A stretch of DNA of 63,777 nucleotides, counting the filler, from Atractiella rhizophila (lineage: Eukaryota): the NCBI GenBank assembly GCA_021432655.1. It is 7 parts of 7 records of this genome, joined end to end, with 100 filler letters (N's around TTAATTAATTAA, not from the genome) between each part and the next. Parts side by side here need not be neighbours in the genome. Positions count along the whole stretch, not along the records: positions 1 to 9,231 come from MU272034.1; positions 9,332 to 20,800 come from MU272035.1; 5 more parts are not named here. One strand, written 5' to 3'. Both the position numbers and the translations under genes were made by a program. How positions within the stretch are numbered: the first letter of the stretch is position 1; every line of letters starts with the position of its first letter. Positions 1 through 12,509 of the stretch are shown one piece after another. The notes beneath the pieces are model-generated. The model had not been told where the DNA came from and ran no database searches. It saw nothing but the letters and a program-made list of their open reading frames with translations.

Positions 1-354
1 GCTTTAGATTTGGAAGAGAGCCGTATCGTTGGAAAGGCAAGGCGTATCCTCATTGGCGATGAGGGGTACCCATCTCCCCTTCCTCCCAGGCTCGTTGTTT
101 CCGATCACGACTTCGACAGCGAGGAAGAAGAATGGGCTGAGAATGAGGACGATGACTTTACACTGTCGTATTTGGACAGCACGGAGTCCAGGCGTTCTGG
201 AGAGTTCGACGACAAGGAAAGAGCCAGGAAACAGAATGTTTTCGAAGAGGGCGTGGAAGAGGGAAGGAGAGAGAGACATATAATGCAACGGGGAGACGAG
301 AACAGGAAGGAGCACAAGAGCTTGAGGCAGAAATTTACAAGGAAGTCCAAATGA
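1..354 (+). CDS. 3' end of a hypothetical protein (acidic/charged low-complexity C-terminus), 5' part outside window
   Basis: Open frame from the window edge to TGA at 352-354 (DSEEEEWAENEDDDF...KFTRKSK*); no recognisable domain. Confidence 0.55.
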   Translation, partial: ALDLEESRIVGKARRILIGDEGYPSPLPPRLVVSDHDFDSEEEEWAENEDDDFTLSYLDSTESRRSGEFDDKERARKQNVFEEGVEEGRRERHIMQRGDENRKEHKSLRQKFTRKSK

Positions 355-1158
355 CAACTTGGCAAGTGAGATCGGTATGTGTTAATAATACTAACACGAA
401 CCTGAGACTGATTATTTTCAACCGTAATAGTCGTTGACAATGGACACATTTACCTCAGTTCCCACGAGAGCATTATTTATCATTCTTCAATATTTCAATA
501 TTTTCGCGACTGCCAGTAAGCATGCACTGCGCTAGAGATCAGAGCATATTGCCAAGCAGTTATGATGGTAGTTTTATGGTATTTATCAACAAGAAGTAAA
601 CCTTTGTTTAACATCCGTAGCTGAATGAAAGGGATGGTCGTTGACTCTTCTCTCTGCTCCAATCGTCACTAGGTCGCCTTCATGTTATTCACCGGGCTCA
701 CAGCGCACACTAGATATTCAGCATCTACCTTGTTGAATGCCGTCTGCGACTGGCAAGTCTCTAGAAGCAACCTCAAAGAGAAAGGAAAGAATAAAAGTTA
801 TAAACTGATTGCAGAGGGGCCTAACAGTACAATGGACTCGGAGGATATCGTCTCCCAATCTATACTAATCATACCAAAACTCTCTACAGGAAGTAAATCC
901 AGTGAACACTCATGAATCGAGGAGAGAGGAGAGATATGAGAACAAGGAGAAAGAAACCTTCAAACCTTCAAAAAGGTTTAACGGTCACGTGCTAATTACC
1001 TTGTGGCTGCTTGTTTTTTTTTGGCTTTCTGACCGTAAGTACTGACAAAAGGTAACGTTTGTTCTCCTCCTCTGTGCTTAGCTCATAGCAAACAGGTTAG
1101 CGCTCCCAAAATTGTGCTGAAGAGACCTCCCCTGATCTGATGATGGCGGCGTTGTCAG

Positions 1159-2189
1159 GTAAAGGGAGAGATAGAGACAACTCTCAACGAAATAAGCTCT
1201 CGACAGCGTGAAAGCCTGAGTGGAGAAGAAACACGCCGTGCCGAAAGCCTCCTTACTGACGACCTTCCGACTCATCCGCGAGTCGTCTTCGATAAGGAGT
1301 ATCTCACGTCGAGATTCTTGCTGCTCGTTGAGAACGTTCGTTTGTACGTCCGCTTCTCATGGCCGCAACGAGTTCACACCTTCTCCAGGCCAGACGTTCC
1401 TCATAGAGGCCCCACGTTTGTTCCCTATATTTATTGAATCTGGACTAAAGGGAATCCCTGCTATTGTTAGAGATCTGATATTCAGGTGAGAAATTCTTCA
1501 CTCCCCTGTCATCCCTTAATCCTGTTCCTTTTTACATAGGCTCCTAGTCCAAAACGGCTTCGACATCGTTATCACCAGCATTCAACTTTCCTACTTCCTT
1601 CAACCAATTCCCACCTCTAGTCAGGCCCGCCTCTCGTGGGTCTTTTCGTCTCTCCGACCAACAATTTGTGTGGTAACGGCATATGCAGTGTCAGAGATTC
1701 TGCTCCACGCGGAGGAACAGGAAGGGGTGACGTGAAGATACACTGTCGTCGCGATACCCCCGGCGTCAATGGATCTTTCAAAATTGGTCACGCGGGAACT
1801 GGCAATGATGTGCCTTCCACTATCCCCTTCGCTATAAGGCTGTTGGTTTCCATGTCTGTCGCTGTCGAAGATGCTCACAAACAGAACTTAGGAACCATAG
1901 AGGTGACGTCGCTGTCTCGCTTCAACTCCAAGTCTCGCTAGCATCTTCGGTACCACTCGAAGGGTTATCGGCGGCAGAGGAGGTGGTGATCCGTACGATC
2001 AGAATCGAAGACGAGAAAGATGAGGCATACATCAACAAAGACCTGATGAACGCGTCTTGGAACACAATTCTGGAAGACGTCAATACTGAGTGGGAGGAAG
2101 CCGGTTTTGTGCTTGAAATGGACAATAACCTTCCTTTGCTTCAGGATTCAGCGCCAGCTGCTCCGGTGTCGACTGGGACAAGCGCTTGA
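1159..2189 (+). CDS. Hypothetical protein, tandem family copy 1 (first exon not identified)
   Basis: Spliced exons give VKGEIETTLNEI...HPRVVFDKEYLTSRFLLLVENVRL/.../DLIFR/LLVQNGFDIVITSIQLSY/.../NGSFKIG..DVPSTIPFAIR/NHRGDVAV...LMNASWNTILEDVNTEWEEAGF; collinear with the copy at 3216, with matching intron positions. Confidence 0.7.
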
Positions 2190-3215
2190 ATGTTGGTTGG
2201 CTTTTATTTCCTAATGTCAACTGTGACGCGGTGAAGTATGCTGATGAAAATGATTTTCCAAAACAATATTGGTCTGCAGAATCCAGTTGGTAGTTTTTGT
2301 TAGTGCTTCTGCAAGTACTTCTTTGAATCTTTGAGAACCTTGTACGCAGCAGTTAACGATTTCTCATCTCCCTTTATGTACTTATCTCAAAGTTGTAGTA
2401 TTAGGCTCCTAGCAAAGCTCAGAAGCCCATCTATATCAAATACAATATTGTCGTCTGCTAAAGGTGGTGTTTTGTCAGCAGTTACCTAGTCACCCTGTCT
2501 CGTTCATGGTCTCAAGACACAGATCCTACTGGAGTTGAATACGCTGGACAAACTGATTGACCTAGCCCTCTACTTCTTCTGTGGTTTGGTTCTCCTAGCT
2601 AGCTCTCCATCGAATGCATCGAATGGTTGTGTGAGGAGGACACTATCCTAGACCAAGGTGCTCATCTTGCCGTGGCTTGAGCCATTTCTGTGACTGGAGC
2701 TAGAAGTGAAGGTATAGCCGGACGCTTCTCCATCAAGTCCCTCTGTTAGCCAACAGGGCAACTTCAAAGGTTGACGCAAATTGCTCAAAACACGTGATTA
2801 TCTATTTGTGAATCGCGAACAAAGCACTACGCTTGACTTGCGCTGGTGGACTCACAGTTGAGGCCGAGGGTTGTGCAGCAGCCGGCGCGCCAGCGCTTAT
2901 CCCGTCATCCACGTTGAAGTTGGTCTCGAAGTAAACTCATCAGCAGCAACTCGAGAAGGCATCCCGCAAGTATTGAGATCAAACGCATCCTAACGTTTAC
3001 GGATTGAGCACGTCGACTTGATTCAAGTTTACTCAAATGGAGCTAACCAACTGCAGCCCCCGTCGGGTGTCATCCTTGTCGTCTTGCTGAAGGTCTGCGG
3101 GTCCGCTTCGTAGGTTGCCATCCACAAAAAATATGCTGCAGCATTCTCTCTGCCCATTCTCCTTCATCGTCCTTTGAAGCGGTTGCCATCGGCGAAGATC
3201 TCACACGATTTAGAG

Positions 3216-4877
3216 ATGGCAAGCCCAGCTGTCATTTACGAGTTGGTGGAAGACACAGACAGGGTAAACTGTCGTTGTCGTCTATCTCTCTAAGGAGAAG
3301 GTCTTTGATGTCCGATGTCTCAGGTAAAGACAGAGATGAGGGAAAAGCTCGAAGAAATACGCTCTCGAAGCCTTTCAGCCAAATTTGGACTGAATGGACA
3401 AGAAGCAACTGAAGCCAAGAGCATCCTTGGTGACGACCTTTCTACCCATCCACGAATCATCTTCGACGAGGAATATCTCACCTCAAGGCTGTTGCTGGAA
3501 GTCGAGAATGTTCGTTTGTGTGTCCCCTTCTCATCCCAATCTCAATTTGCTAACTGTTTTCCAGGGGGGCGAGGAAGCATAGGGATCTCACGTTTGTCCC
3601 CATACTCAGCGGATCTGGACTAACTAATACCTACGATGCTTAGGGATCTAATATTCAGGTAATATGACATGATGTATTTGGCTTCTTGGCGCCTCCCAAC
3701 TCACTGCCTTTGACTAGGCTCCAAGTTCAAAATGGCTTCGACGTCATTATCACCGGGATTCAAGTATCATACTACATTCAATCAGCTGCCGGGGGCAGTT
3801 CTTTGGATCGCATCGCGTGAGCTTACTCCTCACCTTGTTGCTGAGCTCAAAAAAACGCATTATTTGCAGTGTAAGAGAAGTCGCTCCGCATCTTGGCCGA
3901 TCAGCATCGAGTGGCGTGCCGATAACGTGCAATCGTGGTGATACTAAGGCCAATGGGTCTTTTGGAATTGGTTTCGCCAAAGATGGTAGTGATGTACCGT
4001 CTACCCTACCATTCGCTTTAAGGGTGTTAGTCACTATGCCATCTGCTGCCATTCCCTAAATTGCTCATGGAGGAACTTAGGAACCACAAAGGAGATTTCG
4101 CCGTCTCTTTTCAAATCCAAGTCCGGCTGACATCGTCAGTACCGCTTGCAGAAACAGAGACAGAGCGAATGGTGGCAAAAGATCTCTTGTCTCGTACCAT
4201 TAGAATCGAAGAGGCTGCAAAGGATGCATATGTCACCAAAGGCCTGATGAATGCGGCCTGGAGTACAATTCTGGAGGACGTCGACACAGAGTGGAGCGAC
4301 GCGGGCTATGTGCTTTCTCAAGACTCTAACCTTCCGATGCTTCAGAAGCCGCGAGACTCCACACCACCCAAAGGTCCTGAGGCGTCGTCTAGCCCTTCAG
4401 GTGATGATAAGGTTGGCCATTTCACTACTGAGATGCTGATGATTAGCTTGATGAAACTCACAGTGAATAACGTCGTACAAATACTGCATGTATGTGGTAT
4501 TTCTGCTCTTCACCCTCCTGCAGCACACAGAGCGGTTCTTTCCTGACGCTCACACAATCCTCAGGATTCGTCACCTCCTAAAGGACAAATAACACAATCA
4601 CGATACGTCCCTCCATCGGCCGTGTTTGGACTTGATGGCAAAGTTCAGAAACTCAACCTATACGTCGATAAAATTTGGAAAATGTCTATGGAAAATGGGT
4701 CTTATGTCACTACTTCCTCGTTAGTAGGTCATAGAATGGTTCCCCTTTGTATCCATCCTACCGCAGTTCGGCCTCGCTAGATAAATGCTGATTAGATGCA
4801 GTCCTTCCGTCCTCTTCGAGGTCAGTGGAACTCCATCGCCATCAGCCGTCGAAAACTATTCACCGCGACTGGAATAG
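3216..4877 (+). CDS. Hypothetical protein, tandem family copy 2 (3' end uncertain: 4546 if unspliced, about 4877 if extra exons are used)
   Basis: ATG 3216 MASPAVIYELVEDTDR/VKTEMREKL...HPRIIFDEEYLTSRLLLEVENVRL/.../DLIFR/LQVQNGFDVIITGIQVSY.../NGSFGIG..DVPSTLPFALR/NHKGDFAV...LMNAAWSTILEDVDTEWSDAGY; GT-AG introns in frame. Confidence 0.7.
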
Positions 4878-5830
4878 AACACAATGCTGCCGACGTTCAT
4901 GAAGAGAAGGAGCACGGAGAATTATCATTGCTGGAGGGAGTCAATTCACGTTTTAACCCTGACCATCAAGACCCCTTCTCTGCCACTAACTACTCCTCCA
5001 ACCGAAGTGAAGGTGTATCTATGCATATGCATGGCTCAAAAATAGGTTAAGCTTGAAACATAAATATATCAACTTTCGTTCTCACGACCAGATTCTCCTT
5101 TATTCGAAGGAATGCCGCCCGGGAGGGGAACTTTAGCATTCATCAACCAGCTGCAACGGTTGGCGTTCTAGCAAGCTGTGTTTTGAAATACTTCAGCCCT
5201 ATCTCTCCCCGCGAGGTGTTGATTAATTCCAACTTAATCAATTCCCAATCAGCTGTGTTAAACATCAGTCTGCGGATCCGACCGTCCAGTCAATTAGCAT
5301 CCAAGCAAGGACTTTGGTCATGACATAAACGTGAGCGTAGAAGTGAAGCCATAATGGATGCAGAAACCTGAAGACTGAAGACTTGTCACCGTGACTATCA
5401 AAGACGGAAACACGGTTCACGTTCACGTGATTTTTATCGACGTTCGCTTCCTTTCACACTGTTTACGAACGTCGGCTCTGCTGGAGTGGCTCACTTCCCC
5501 ACAACGCGGAGGCCGTGCACGAGTCAAGGGAACCGTGCGACGAATCAGCTCTGCGCCGCTAGTTGCTCTCCTTCCTCAGTCCTGCCGTCCGAGATCAGTA
5601 TAAATTGCATCACATCCTGAGGGTCTCCTACTCTCATCGACCTCCAACTTTGAGACTTCAAGTAATCAGCATTCGGATACTGCGAAGGAGCTGTACCGGC
5701 AACCTTACGAACGTTTTTCCAACTCATCGTTGCAGATCGGTTCGTTTGCAAGTGAATGGAAAGAGCCTCCTCGCGAGGTGGCACATTCGATCTTTCTTCT
5801 CTTTCAAAGAAGCTTCCAGTCTCAGAAGAC

Positions 5831-7072
5831 ATGGCCATGCCGTTCAGAAGATCTTACGAGTACGAGATACTCGATGCGGAGGAGGTTTTGCGCGAGATTG
5901 ATGCCAAGTTGAATCCTCCACCGCCATCACCGTCAGAACAAGCGGAAGAGGTACCTCTGCCAGCACAACCGCTCGGTCAGGGATCGATAAACATAATTCC
6001 TTCGATAGGAAAGCTCGCACCTAATGTATTTAATGCCGATAGGTTGCACACTCCAAGAGTACTTATCGATTATTCTTTGATGACCGCGAGGACGCTTTTG
6101 ACCCTGGAGAATGTGAGATTGTATGTCTTTCCCCTCTGCTGCCCTCTTTCATAACAAGCCGTTGATTACATCGTTTTATGGCTGGATAGTGGCAAGATCC
6201 CGCGGAGGAACGCAACGTCCGTCTGCCTGCTCCTCCTGCAATCTATGACTGACGGCTAGGGCATCGTGTCACAGAGAAGTTTTCTTCCGTCTACACATCC
6301 AATCCGGCATCGACCTTCTTATCTCCAACATCTCCATTGCATACTTTTGTCAATCGGTCGCACTGCAAGGTGCCGGACGAAGTGAGACTGATGGACGTTG
6401 CAAGTGCGCGCATCATCATTTACCATGTCTTTAACGAACAGGGCAATGTAGCTGATATGCTAAGTTAATTTGGAACAGGATATCAGAAACGGTACCCCGC
6501 CCCCGTTCAGACGACCAGGCAGCAGAAGAGGATGAACCACACAAGTATCAGATAAGAACGCAAACGAATGACAACGGTGGCATATTTGAAGTTGGCCAGA
6601 ACGGAGACGGGGAGGACATCCCTACGAGCCTTCCCATCGCTGTCAAACGTCCGTCTTTCCTCCCCTTTTTCCCAAATCTCACTCATTTTCTTACTTTCTT
6701 CTGCTGATGGTATTGTGGCTTGATGTAGTATTACATTCCGGCGACTTGGCCTTCCACTTCCACCTCACCATGACCTACACCTCGGCCATCTCTCCAAGCC
6801 AAGAACGAGTGGTAAAACACACAACGAGCACGGCGATACAGATGACGCGAGCGGAATTGGAGTCCTTCAAGAACTCCAAGCTGATGGATGCATCTTGGGG
6901 GGAAATGATGCGCGATATATCGAACGAGTGTAAGGATGTAGGGATGAAACTCGTGCCTGGTCCAGGCCTTGAACCGCCCGTACTGGGAAGTGATAGCATG
7001 GACCCTCAGGCACAAGGGGGACGGGGGCTGGAGGGAGCGGGCAGGCAAGTGGTAGCGGAAGTAAGTGATTGA
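5831..7072 (+). CDS. Hypothetical protein, tandem family copy 3 (divergent)
   Basis: MAMPFRRSYEYEIL...TPRVLIDYSLMTARTLLTLENVR/.../EVFFRLHIQSGIDLLISNISIAY.../GGIFEVGQNGDGEDIPTSLPIAVK/LHSGDLAF...LMDASWGEMMRDISNE; same motifs in the same order as copies 1-2. Confidence 0.7.
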
Positions 7073-7365
7073 TGCTGCCCCTTTTCGTAGTGATGTTGCT
7101 GTGCAAAGCTTGTCTCCTTTGCTGAATTATTTGTCGTTGTGACATGATCAATTTGGTGGTCTTTGTTTGACCTATATTACCCACCTTGCTCAATAACTCC
7201 GTTCGTGATACCTTGAGAAGTTTTATGTGTTCTACAAATTCTATATTCTACTCGGATGTACACTTTACCTATGAAGGACAGAAATCAAATGCGGAATTCT
7301 ATTCTAGCCTTTACTTGTCAACGCGCATCAAGAAAGCTCCTACTCCCCCCTCGTCATTTGAAGCG

Positions 7366-8098
7366 NNNNNNNNNNNNNNNNNNNNNNNNNNNNNNNNNNN
7401 NNNNNNNNNNNNNNNNNNNNNNNNNNNNNNNNNNNNNNNNNNNNNNNNNNNNNNNNNNNNNNNNNNNNNNNNNNNNNNNNNNNNNNNNNNNNNNNNNNNN
7501 NNNNNNNNNNNNNNNNNNNNNNNNNNNNNNNNNNNNNNNNNNNNNNNNNNNNNNNNNNNNNNNNNNNNNNNNNNNNNNNNNNNNNNNNNNNNNNNNNNNN
7601 NNNNNNNNNNNNNNNNNNNNNNNNNNNNNNNNNNNNNNNNNNNNNNNNNNNNNNNNNNNNNNNNNNNNNNNNNNNNNNNNNNNNNNNNNNNNNNNNNNNN
7701 NNNNNNNNNNNNNNNNNNNNNNNNNNNNNNNNNNNNNNNNNNNNNNNNNNNNNNNNNNNNNNNNNNNNNNNNNNNNNNNNNNNNNNNNNNNNNNNNNNNN
7801 NNNNNNNNNNNNNNNNNNNNNNNNNNNNNNNNNNNNNNNNNNNNNNNNNNNNNNNNNNNNNNNNNNNNNNNNNNNNNNNNNNNNNNNNNNNNNNNNNNNN
7901 NNNNNNNNNNNNNNNNNNNNNNNNNNNNNNNNNNNNNNNNNNNNNNNNNNNNNNNNNNNNNNNNNNNNNNNNNNNNNNNNNNNNNNNNNNNNNNNNNNNN
8001 NNNNNNNNNNNNNNNNNNNNNNNNNNNNNNNNNNNNNNNNNNNNNNNNNNNNNNNNNNNNNNNNNNNNNNNNNNNNNNNNNNNNNNNNNNNNNNNNNN
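7366..8098. other. Assembly gap (733 N)
   Basis: Run of N. Confidence 0.99.
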
Positions 8099-9231
8099 GG
8101 TTTGGTATACCCGGAATACCTCATTAAGGGTCTCAATTATCCATTCAACAATTACTTCATAGGAAACACGTCTTTTAGTTCAGCAGTAGAGCTACGAGCA
8201 AGAGGCTCTTTTTTGACGGTGTTAAATGCCATCCTTGCTCAAATGGTCGCGATGACTCTTGATGACAATCGCGCACTTTCCTGATCAAGCGAAATTGATT
8301 GAAGACCAACCAGACCTTTAAACTGGTTTATCCTTGGTTTATCAATGATTAAAATAGTATTATAAAGGTGTAAGTACTTGGCTTCCGATATTAAAGGAAA
8401 TTAACGAGAAATTAGGTCCCTTCCTTTGCACCTGCTGCCAGCTGCCTTACTTGCCTCTGTTGCTCCTCGTGCATATTTTGTTGGGTTTTGAAGCTAGTTC
8501 TGGAGAGGATTGTCAATTGGATCGATAGTATAATGATATTGAGGTGCCAGGAGACTGGGTCTTTGCTGTTGAGGGTGTGGGATTGATAGAACCTGTGAGT
8601 GTAGATCCTGAATCGATTCGGTGCGGTGATGTGGCAGGAATGGGCGTTTTGGGGTGGGGAGTGATGCGTCAACCTCGGCTGGTGACATTGGCCGCTTTCG
8701 TGAGGTATTCGATGCAAAAATATGGTCTGAAGGATCGGGTTGTGTCACTGCTCTCAGTTTGTCTTAACACTCCGTTAGTATCAAATGTAACGTACTAAAT
8801 AGATCCATGCATTGGTTGAGACTCTCCCATTGCATTGTATGAATGGATTGTAGTTGTTCTGTGGCTAATTGGTCACTGAAAACAGGATTGTGTCCCATGA
8901 ATGACAGATTTTGGGGTTGCCCAGAGTGTAAGTGTGGAAAGCTTGCTGCAATTGACTGCTGAGGTCCGAAGAAAAGAGAAGGGAGGCTGGAGGTTGAGGG
9001 GACCGCTTCCGTTGTATGAGGTGATGATGGCTGCTGCACTAATTGTTAGCAAGGAGCGGAGGAAGAGATAAAGTAATCGGAATGGTGAATTACGGGGAGA
9101 TGTAGTCTATTAGTACCTCCACCTCTTTTGCATGGAGGTTTGTTCTTCTCAGCTTCCTCCTTCTCCCTCCGCTTCATTTCCCTCATATTTGCCTTCACTT
9201 TTTTCTCTTGTTCCTTCTCCTCTTTCTTCTT
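8099..9231 (-). pseudogene. Degenerate coding-like or repeat-derived fragment between two gaps
   Basis: Protein-like minus-strand frames (KRPMSPAEVDASLPTPKRPF; IIDKPRINQFKGLV...VIATI*ARMAFN) interrupted by in-frame stops; no family recognised. Confidence 0.3.
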
Positions 9232-9331
9232 NNNNNNNNNNNNNNNNNNNNNNNNNNNNNNNNNNNNNNNNNNNNTTAATTAATTAANNNNNNNNNNNNN
9301 NNNNNNNNNNNNNNNNNNNNNNNNNNNNNNN
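9232..9331. other. Artificial contig spacer (N44-TTAATTAATTAA-N44)
   Basis: Six-frame stop linker at 9276-9287 centred in a 100-nt N block. Confidence 0.97.
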
Positions 9332-10499
9332 GCATTGCACGGTGACCCAAACGACCCACGGGAGTCCCATATTAGTGACGGCGCATCGCGTTGGCACGGG
9401 TCTGAATATTTGCTTAGGCGCGAAGTCTCTTTCGGGGGACTTGCGCTATAATTTTTTGTGACTCCGACCCAGCTTGTGAAAGGCATCCTTTCACTTAGTT
9501 GCACGCAAAACTAGTGACACCTTCTGTAAGAGTTGTAAAGTGTAGCACAATCCTCGTGAACATCTACCAGCTTCTGCAAGCAAAAATTGCTATTTGGCGT
9601 ATGAAAGAATCGCGCCGAATGCCACCGAGCTGATTGTGAAACTGATGAAACAGGTATTGCCCGTTCATAATCTTTCCATTCGTCTTGGTGCGTACTTCAA
9701 GCTCTTAAGTTTATGTGTCCCAACCTGGCGAGTTTGAATTCACGTACATCAGTGGATTGCACCAATTGTAGCGGGAGTCTCAAGCGACCTGATATCGACG
9801 ACTGTAGGGGTCTTGTTATGACATTGCCTTGTTCCTGCTCGGAGTACCCGAAAACAATCTTGATACATTTCACTCGTCCTTCGCCAACAACTTATAGCCG
9901 CTGTTGGTGAGACCGGGTTCAGCTCAGCATTGTACTTGCAACAGCTTGGCAGCTGGGGTTGATGACAAAACTTAGTTTCCTGCTGTCGAATTTCGAAATT
10001 ACTGGAATTCCAACAGCGCTTTGTGGTGCGAGTTCAAGCAGGCTCTCCCGCGGTCAACGAATTGAATTGAATTCTAATAACTCACCCATATTTCAAAGAA
10101 CGAGTACTGGAATGAGAAGGATACCAACGCGTTGCCCAAATCACTGGACCTTGCTTTACTACCACCTTCCCCCGTTTACCTACTGGGGTTAACTGACGAA
10201 TTCAAATCTCAACATATTCCGCACAGAATGGAAATCTGTGGAAAGGCTTGGGCACAGCGCCTTCCCGTTGTCCGCCGTCATAGCCGCGGTCGATGCTGGA
10301 AAGGAGACCGTCTTCGCCAATTCACTCCCACACATCCATGCATTTGTATGCGTACACGAGCAGGGAGTTAGGGAGTGCCGCACTTTCCCCTCAGGTATAA
10401 ATGAGAGGGGAATTTGCCCTTTTTCCCAACTCAGCTTTTCATTTTACGATATCACGGACTCTTACTCTTTCTTGCCTCTTGCTTCTTTGACGACTTAAC

Positions 10500-11147
10500 A
10501 TGTTGCTCTCATCTTCTTTCGTGTCTGTTCTCGCTCTCGCCGCCGCTTCTGTTTCTGCCACGCCAACCAAGCGCGACAACTGGAGTTCAGGAAAGGTACA
10601 TGTTGTACAAGTTGGAGGAGAGAGGGGTAACATCTACACGTGCGTCCATTTCAAGCATCAACTTGAAAATCCAACAAACCAACAATGCAAAAAAACTAGC
10701 CCTGAAGTCACTTACGCTGAAGTCGGCGACCGCGTCTTCTTCAAATTTCTCACGAAGAATCACACCGTCACCGCCTCCTCGTTCGACGTTCCCTGCTCCC
10801 CGCTCTACGGTTCCTTCAACTCGGGATTCCAACCAAGTCAATTGGGCAATGGATCTATGGTATGTTTGGCTTTTCCTAACTTCTGTTTTGAGGAACCCTG
10901 TTGAAGTTGCCCCTGATGCTGCAGACTGGACCTGGTTTCGTGGTCGAGGTTTGGGATAAGAAACCGATTTGGTTCCATTGCGAACAGGGGAACCATTGCG
11001 AGGAGAACGGGATGGTGCGTTACTTTCTCTTCCTTTACAGTTCGTCAATCTAAACGAAGGGAACAGGTTGGCGCCATCAATCCTCCATCCGAAGGGAATA
11101 CCTTTGACAGGTTCAAGAATAAGGCATTCGAGACCCCTCAGTGGTAA
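10500..11147 (+). CDS. Small secreted cupredoxin-domain (blue-copper-like) protein, 4 exons
   Basis: Signal peptide MLLSSSFVSVLALAAASVSA, then KR; KVHVVQVG, AEVGDRVFFKF, NHTVTASSFDVPC, FNSGF, PIWFHCEQGNHCEENGM/VGAINPP motifs typical of fungal extracellular cupredoxins. Confidence 0.85.
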
Positions 11148-11515
11148 TTCTTCACGGATGAAGTCTCAGGAGCTTAGATGAAGATTGTGATGGACATTAC
11201 TCTGTACCACCTTCCATGCAATGAAGCAGCTTCATTCACTTTAGTCCGAGTATGGTTGCTAGATTGAAGTTGGCACATGGACAACTATCCATTTCTGGCA
11301 AGTAGTTCCTTTATCCTCGAGACGCAAATTTCATATTTTGGTCACGATCGAGATATCCTGCGTCCTGATGCGCCGATGTAATCAACGAGGAGAAAGGACC
11401 GGAAGATACGCATTTTCATTAGAAGGCAATCTTGGTGTCAGTGACTCATAGTGTCTCTTCCCGAAGGAAAAATAAAAGAGCGAGGAACTTGACCTGGCTG
11501 TTAACAACTCTGGCA

Positions 11516-12191
11516 ATGGATAGAGAAATCAAGACCGACCGCCTCTTGTTGCGCCCTACAAGGATAGAAGATGTGGAGGCATGCCATAGGATGTGGACTG
11601 ATCCTTTGGTTGCAAAATGGTCGTATGTAGATCCATAAATGGGTTCAGCATTGTGGATTAACAGACACGGTCAGTATGACAGATCCACCTACTTCCTTGG
11701 ACGAGTCGAAGAAGAAACTGGAAAAAATCCTCGCTGGTCCATTCGTGCCAGAGTCCTACCGATCCAAGCTCCCTTATTCACACGAATCTCCTTTGAACGT
11801 CAATTATAGCGTTGTGCTCCCAGACACTTCCACTGTCGTCGGTCGAATCTCTCTCGCGTGCAACATTTACGAACCATACGGCGTATTTCGTCCTTACGAC
11901 ATCGGCTACGGCTTTGCGAGCACCGCTTGGGGGAAAGGGTATGCATCTGAGGCCATGAAGGCGTTCATGGAAGCTTTGCCGGAGGATCTGAGGAAGAAGG
12001 CAACTGCGATTGTGTTGGGCAATAACGTGAAGAGCCTAGCAGTCATGCGAAGGGTAGGATTCAAGGAAACAAAGCGAGATTATTATCCTCTGGCGAATAT
12101 CGATCAACGGCAATTGGAAGCTCTGAATCTCGTAGAGGAGGCGGCTAAAGGAGGCAACATGGAATTGATCTGGCACATGTGGAATGAGTAA
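11516..12191 (+). CDS. GNAT acetyltransferase, RimJ/RimL (Acetyltransf_3) type, 2 exons
   Basis: IKTDRLLLRP N-terminus, DIGYGFASTAWGKGYASEA acetyl-CoA motif, NVKSLAVMRRVGF; one intron at about 11623-11675. Confidence 0.88.
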
Positions 12192-12509
12192 TCTGGTAGA
12201 CGGAGTGCAACGTGGAGCTTACCAAAGCCTCGAAAGCCGGGCCATGCATGCTGCATTGTTATTTATCACAGTAGAGACGTCCAAGAATCTTTCTGCCGTT
12301 CAGGACAAAGGGTGACAGTCCATGTTGCGAGTCTCAATGGTTCAATGTGAAGATGGAAGGACTCCGTGAACATTAAACATATGACGCATTTGGACATGAG
12401 AACGGCAAACTGTTACATGGACCAACTCTACTCTGTGACAAATTGAATCAGCTCAAAAATCCCACAGCGACAAGCATAGAGGTAGTAAGAGATAGAAAGG
12501 TATAAGCAC

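Noticed and set aside
7186..8284. Long ORFs of 260-342 aa in the ORF track
   Set aside because: They are artefacts of translation through the N gap.
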